Part shown: in pieces, positions 46,029-49,213 of the stretch
Layout: every line of letters begins with the position of its first letter
Position numbering within the stretch: the stretch's first letter is position 1
Virus record (IMG/VR): IMGVR_UViG_3300012090_000181
Strand: one strand, 5' to 3'
Source: a virus
Length of the DNA stretch: 49,213 bases
The notes under the pieces: generated by a model
Databases searched by the model: none
What the model saw: the letters and a program-made list of their open reading frames with translations, nothing else
Told to the model about the DNA's origin: nothing
Position numbers and translations under genes: made by a program

Positions 46029-46238
46029 TCAAAAGTCTTGACTGGTCCTGAGAAGCATGGCGAGCTCGGCTACGGCAGGATCAGCATCATCGCATTCTCC
46101 AGCTGCGTATGAGCTTTTGAACTCGGCGACGGTCAAACCGGTCAATGCTTTGGCTTGGGTTTCCAGCCAATCCATATATTCTTCGATGGTAGGCTCATAA
46201 ACATCCGTGCCTGCATCTGTCGTGTAAGCCTTTTTCAT
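46029..46238 (-). CDS. Small acidic hypothetical protein inserted in the pilin array
   Basis: 69-aa ORF; TACAAT 6 nt before ATG. Confidence 0.6.
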   Translation of the reverse strand: MKKAYTTDAGTDVYEPTIEEYMDWLETQAKALTGLTVAEFKSSYAAGECDDADPAVAELAMLLRTSQDF

Positions 46239-46288
46239 GATCAGATTGTAGCAGATTTTACACGACAGGCTATACCCGTTTTACTGAG

Positions 46289-47626
46289 TCAGCTCAATGG
46301 GCCGGCCGCGAAGAGACTCAGCGTTCCGGCCAGGAAGCCCTCACGACTGTCTTCTATCGCAGAGAACCCATGCGAGTAACTGGTATCATCAGCTTCGATG
46401 CGCTTGGTCCAAGCACCACCACCGGAGGCTTTCAACCAGGCAGAAACTGTACCGTCTGTAGGATTGACCACCAATGCATAGTCTTGAGAGCCTGCACAGC
46501 TCAGATTGTCGTTGTATTCACCAAGGACTGATTGGGTACCGCCTGTCCATTTGGAGAGAACAACCAGCCAACCTACCGATGCTGCGTTCCTGATCCAGGC
46601 CAGCTGATACCCGTTCTCGGAATTCGATGGTGAGTTGCCTCCGGGTGTCGGCATCGCTGCCCAGATCGCAGCATAAGAATCTGTTGAGGGTGCGGCGCAG
46701 ACGAAATGCACCTTCGTGGCAAGCCCAAGGCTACCTGTGCTACTGAGGTCGCCACCTTGTTGCCAGTACGCACCTCGGCTGGTCTTGTCCCAGTTATCAC
46801 CGCCGCCACCGGCCCAGCCTGCATTCGTAGCATTGAAACTGCCCACCCCAGAATAGATCGTCGGTGCAGGTGTATGAGCAGGGTTGAAAGGTGGCACGTT
46901 GCTGTTCGCTGCTGCGCCATTCCATGCACTGCCACTCGTCAGCTTCGCCCACTGTGAAGCATCAATCAGTGGGTCCGGGTTCGGAGGTGTCAGATTATCG
47001 AGAGCATCTCCTGTTTGACTATCATCATTGCCAGTATCGCCATTACCAGGATTATCGCCACCGTCACCAGGGTCACCGCCTCCAGTATCACCACCTGATC
47101 CCTCGGCAGCCCATTCGGCAGCACTCTTACAACCTAAGTAAGACAGTTGCGAGTACTTGATCACTTTCAGCTTGCAGACATCACCTGAAGCTGATAAGAC
47201 AGCTGCATTGAACGTGGTCGCTGTATCGTCTGAAGTCAGGTACACGGTGTTCGTGATCATCGGATCCGGGCTGGGAGGATTTGGGGTTGTGCCGGCTACG
47301 TCAGGCGTGATCGTGTCTATCGTCGCTGATGAAAGAAGAAAATCAAGCTCGGGTTCGCTGGCATGCAACTGCGCTTTCATGTCAGTCAGCGGATGATCAG
47401 CAGTGACCATATCTCCACCCTGTCCAGTTGCAACACTACGCGCGACCTTATAAGTCGTATCCAGGGCGACAAGAGCCTTGGTGTTGTTCGCTTTATCCTG
47501 CTGGTTCAGGAAAGTCGGGAGCGCGATCGCCAAGAGGATGCCGATGATCAAAATCACCACGAGTAACTCGACCAAGGTGAAACCACGCTGTCTGTCTCGC
47601 TCGCACCATCTATGCAGTCGCTCCAT
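46289..47626 (-). CDS. Type IV pilin-like protein with C-terminal beta-rich domain (copy 3)
   Basis: Same prepilin motif and conserved N-terminal domain. Confidence 0.92.
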   Translation of the reverse strand: MERLHRWCERDRQRGFTLVELLVVILIIGILLAIALPTFLNQQDKANNTKALVALDTTYKVARSVATGQGGDMVTADHPLTDMKAQLHASEPELDFLLSSATIDTITPDVAGTTPNPPSPDPMITNTVYLTSDDTATTFNAAVLSASGDVCKLKVIKYSQLSYLGCKSAAEWAAEGSGGDTGGGDPGDGGDNPGNGDTGNDDSQTGDALDNLTPPNPDPLIDASQWAKLTSGSAWNGAAANSNVPPFNPAHTPAPTIYSGVGSFNATNAGWAGGGGDNWDKTSRGAYWQQGGDLSSTGSLGLATKVHFVCAAPSTDSYAAIWAAMPTPGGNSPSNSENGYQLAWIRNAASVGWLVVLSKWTGGTQSVLGEYNDNLSCAGSQDYALVVNPTDGTVSAWLKASGGGAWTKRIEADDTSYSHGFSAIEDSREGFLAGTLSLFAAGPLS

Positions 47627-47670
47627 ATATCAACGGTTGCAGGTAGGAAACCAGTATGAGGGTTTTCGCC

Positions 47671-47699
47671 TTAGAAACTCTGTTAGAAACTCTGTTAGA
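47671..47699 (+). repeat. 12-bp tandem repeat abutting the pilin upstream element
   Basis: TTAGAAACTCTG x2 plus TTAGA. Confidence 0.8.
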
Positions 47700-47764
47700 T
47701 GAGGAACCCGAACAGAAATTCCAAGATAACGTCTCTGACCCGGTCAGTATTCGGTGATCCTCGC

Positions 47765-49213
47765 TCAGGATCCGAAGGCACCAGTGGTAAAGAAATCCAT
47801 GGCGCTGGCCTGTAAGCCTTTTTGGCTGCCTTCAACGCCGGCATAGCCGCTGCCGTATTCTGGACCTCCAACATTATCGGCAGCTGACAGACCGGAAGGA
47901 TTCTGCCAACTTGTAGGAACACCCGGAGTCAGTGATCCAGTAGTGTTGTTACCCGGGTCTGCATCAGTCGGCGGGTTGATCCAGGCAGATACGGTATGGG
48001 CGACCGGATCGACAACCAAAGCAAATATGGTTCCATCCACGCACATCTCTGATACTCCGGTACAGTTATAAGCTCCCAAGACAGTCTGCACACCATTATC
48101 CCAGCGTGACAGCTGTAAGTTGAAAGTATAAGAAGTATTGCAGTTCCCAGTACAAGCCCCGACCCAAGCAAGCTGATATCCCTGTTGGGCCGTGGATTGA
48201 ACGCCGCCACCGGGGCTGGGCATTCCGAGCCAAAGGGCACCCCAGCTGTTCTGATTGAGGACACCCTTTGACCTGATCAACCGTCCTTCGACCGCCAGCG
48301 CCTGATCTGTCGAAGGAGTCACCGACTGGTTATAGTACATCCCTTGGATCTTGCCCGTTGATGGGTTGGCCTCCCAGCCGGTCAACGGATCGTGAGTGCC
48401 ATCCTTGACGGTGCCATTCCAGGCTGAGGTAGTCGCCTGATACTGGGTCAGATTGAGGGTGCTTGCACTTTGACCGAGCCAGCTGTTGGCACCGGTATTA
48501 CTGGTCAGGTCTTTCCAGGTCGATTGGTTGGCGAAAAGGTTCGGCCCGTCTAATAGAGTATCCAGACCAGTATTCACCTGCTGAGATGTCAATGGTGCCG
48601 GCGGGGTCGGGCCGGTGCCGCCTCCATCACCTGGATCACCGCCATCGCCTGGATCGCCGCCGTCACCAGGACCTGTTGAGCCTTCGGCTGTCCATTCAGC
48701 AGCGCTCTTGCAACTTAGAGTAGATATTTGTGAGTACTTGACCACTTCGAGTTTGCAGATGTCACCGGACTGAGACAGGACCGCCGCATTGAATGTCTTG
48801 TTCGTATCGTCCGAGGTCAGGTACACATCATCCGGGATCATCGGATCGTCTCCGGTGATAGCCGGTAATGTTCCGGCAGCATCAGGGGTGATCGTATCTA
48901 TCGTCGCCGATGAGCGGACAAAGGTCAGCTCTGGCTCGCTGGTATGCAGTTGAGACTGCATACTCGTCAGCGGATAATCTGTGGTGACCAGATCTCCACC
49001 CTGTCCGGTGGCGACACTTCTCGCTACTTTGTAAGTCGTGTTCAAGGCAACCAGGGCTTTCGTGTTGTTTGCCTTGTCCTGTTGATTGAGAAAGGTAGGC
49101 AAGGCAATCGCCAACAGGATGCCGATGATCAGGATGACCACGAGCAGCTCGACCAGAGTGAAACCGTGGTCCTGCTTATATCTGCTTATTTGCCGCCAGC
49201 TTGCCAGATTCAC
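47765..49213 (-). CDS. Type IV pilin-like protein with C-terminal beta-rich domain (copy 4, at window edge)
   Basis: Same prepilin motif; GTG start falls on the last base of the window. Confidence 0.9.
   Translation of the reverse strand: MNLASWRQISRYKQDHGFTLVELLVVILIIGILLAIALPTFLNQQDKANNTKALVALNTTYKVARSVATGQGGDLVTTDYPLTSMQSQLHTSEPELTFVRSSATIDTITPDAAGTLPAITGDDPMIPDDVYLTSDDTNKTFNAAVLSQSGDICKLEVVKYSQISTLSCKSAAEWTAEGSTGPGDGGDPGDGGDPGDGGGTGPTPPAPLTSQQVNTGLDTLLDGPNLFANQSTWKDLTSNTGANSWLGQSASTLNLTQYQATTSAWNGTVKDGTHDPLTGWEANPSTGKIQGMYYNQSVTPSTDQALAVEGRLIRSKGVLNQNSWGALWLGMPSPGGGVQSTAQQGYQLAWVGACTGNCNTSYTFNLQLSRWDNGVQTVLGAYNCTGVSEMCVDGTIFALVVDPVAHTVSAWINPPTDADPGNNTTGSLTPGVPTSWQNPSGLSAADNVGGPEYGSGYAGVEGSQKGLQASAMDFFTTGAFGS

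Noticed and set aside
43161-49213. Shufflon or diversity-generating retroelement acting on the pilin tips
   Set aside because: All copies are full-length and co-oriented; there is no recombinase, inverted crossover sites, reverse transcriptase or adenine-specific template/variable repeat pair in the window.
1-49213. Apparent abundance of GATC/CGATCG as a HIP1-like repeat
   Set aside because: I could not count it against a codon-aware model, and frequent ATC/GAT codons in GC-rich genes may explain it.

Overview
A GC-rich, gene-dense accessory region made mostly of short hypothetical genes on both strands. It has no rRNA, tRNA, CRISPR array, integrase, transposase, capsid or core housekeeping gene that I can recognise. 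It most resembles part of a large actinobacterial mobile element (giant plasmid, large phage or genomic island); a DUF2510 motif, pervasive leaderless promoters and a Thermoleophilia-style secreted protein point to the host group. Recognisable cargo: four DNA methyltransferases, two probable restriction endonucleases, an AbiE-type toxin-antitoxin pair behind a perfect 35-bp inverted repeat, a NucA/NucB nuclease, a PAP2-family enzyme, a CPBP protease, an ADP-ribosyltransferase-like protein, and four tandem type IV pilin-like genes with divergent C-terminal domains. The main unexplained signal is a short peptide tag, acidic residue(s) followed by [I/V]LYG. It lies within the first ~26 residues of 14 dispersed proteins from four apparently unrelated families (six winged-helix-like, three DUF669-like, two DUF2188-like, three of an unknown family), with an ILFG variant at the C-terminus of a fifteenth. 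It is always in frame and uses varied synonymous codons, which suggests a shared protein-level targeting or docking signal. A second candidate novelty is a ~230-nt promoter- and terminator-bounded, highly base-paired non-coding region at ~39.13-39.36 kb. Many CDS starts below were moved to the ATG/GTG about 6 nt after a TANNNT -10 box. Family assignments come from motif recognition by eye, not database searches.
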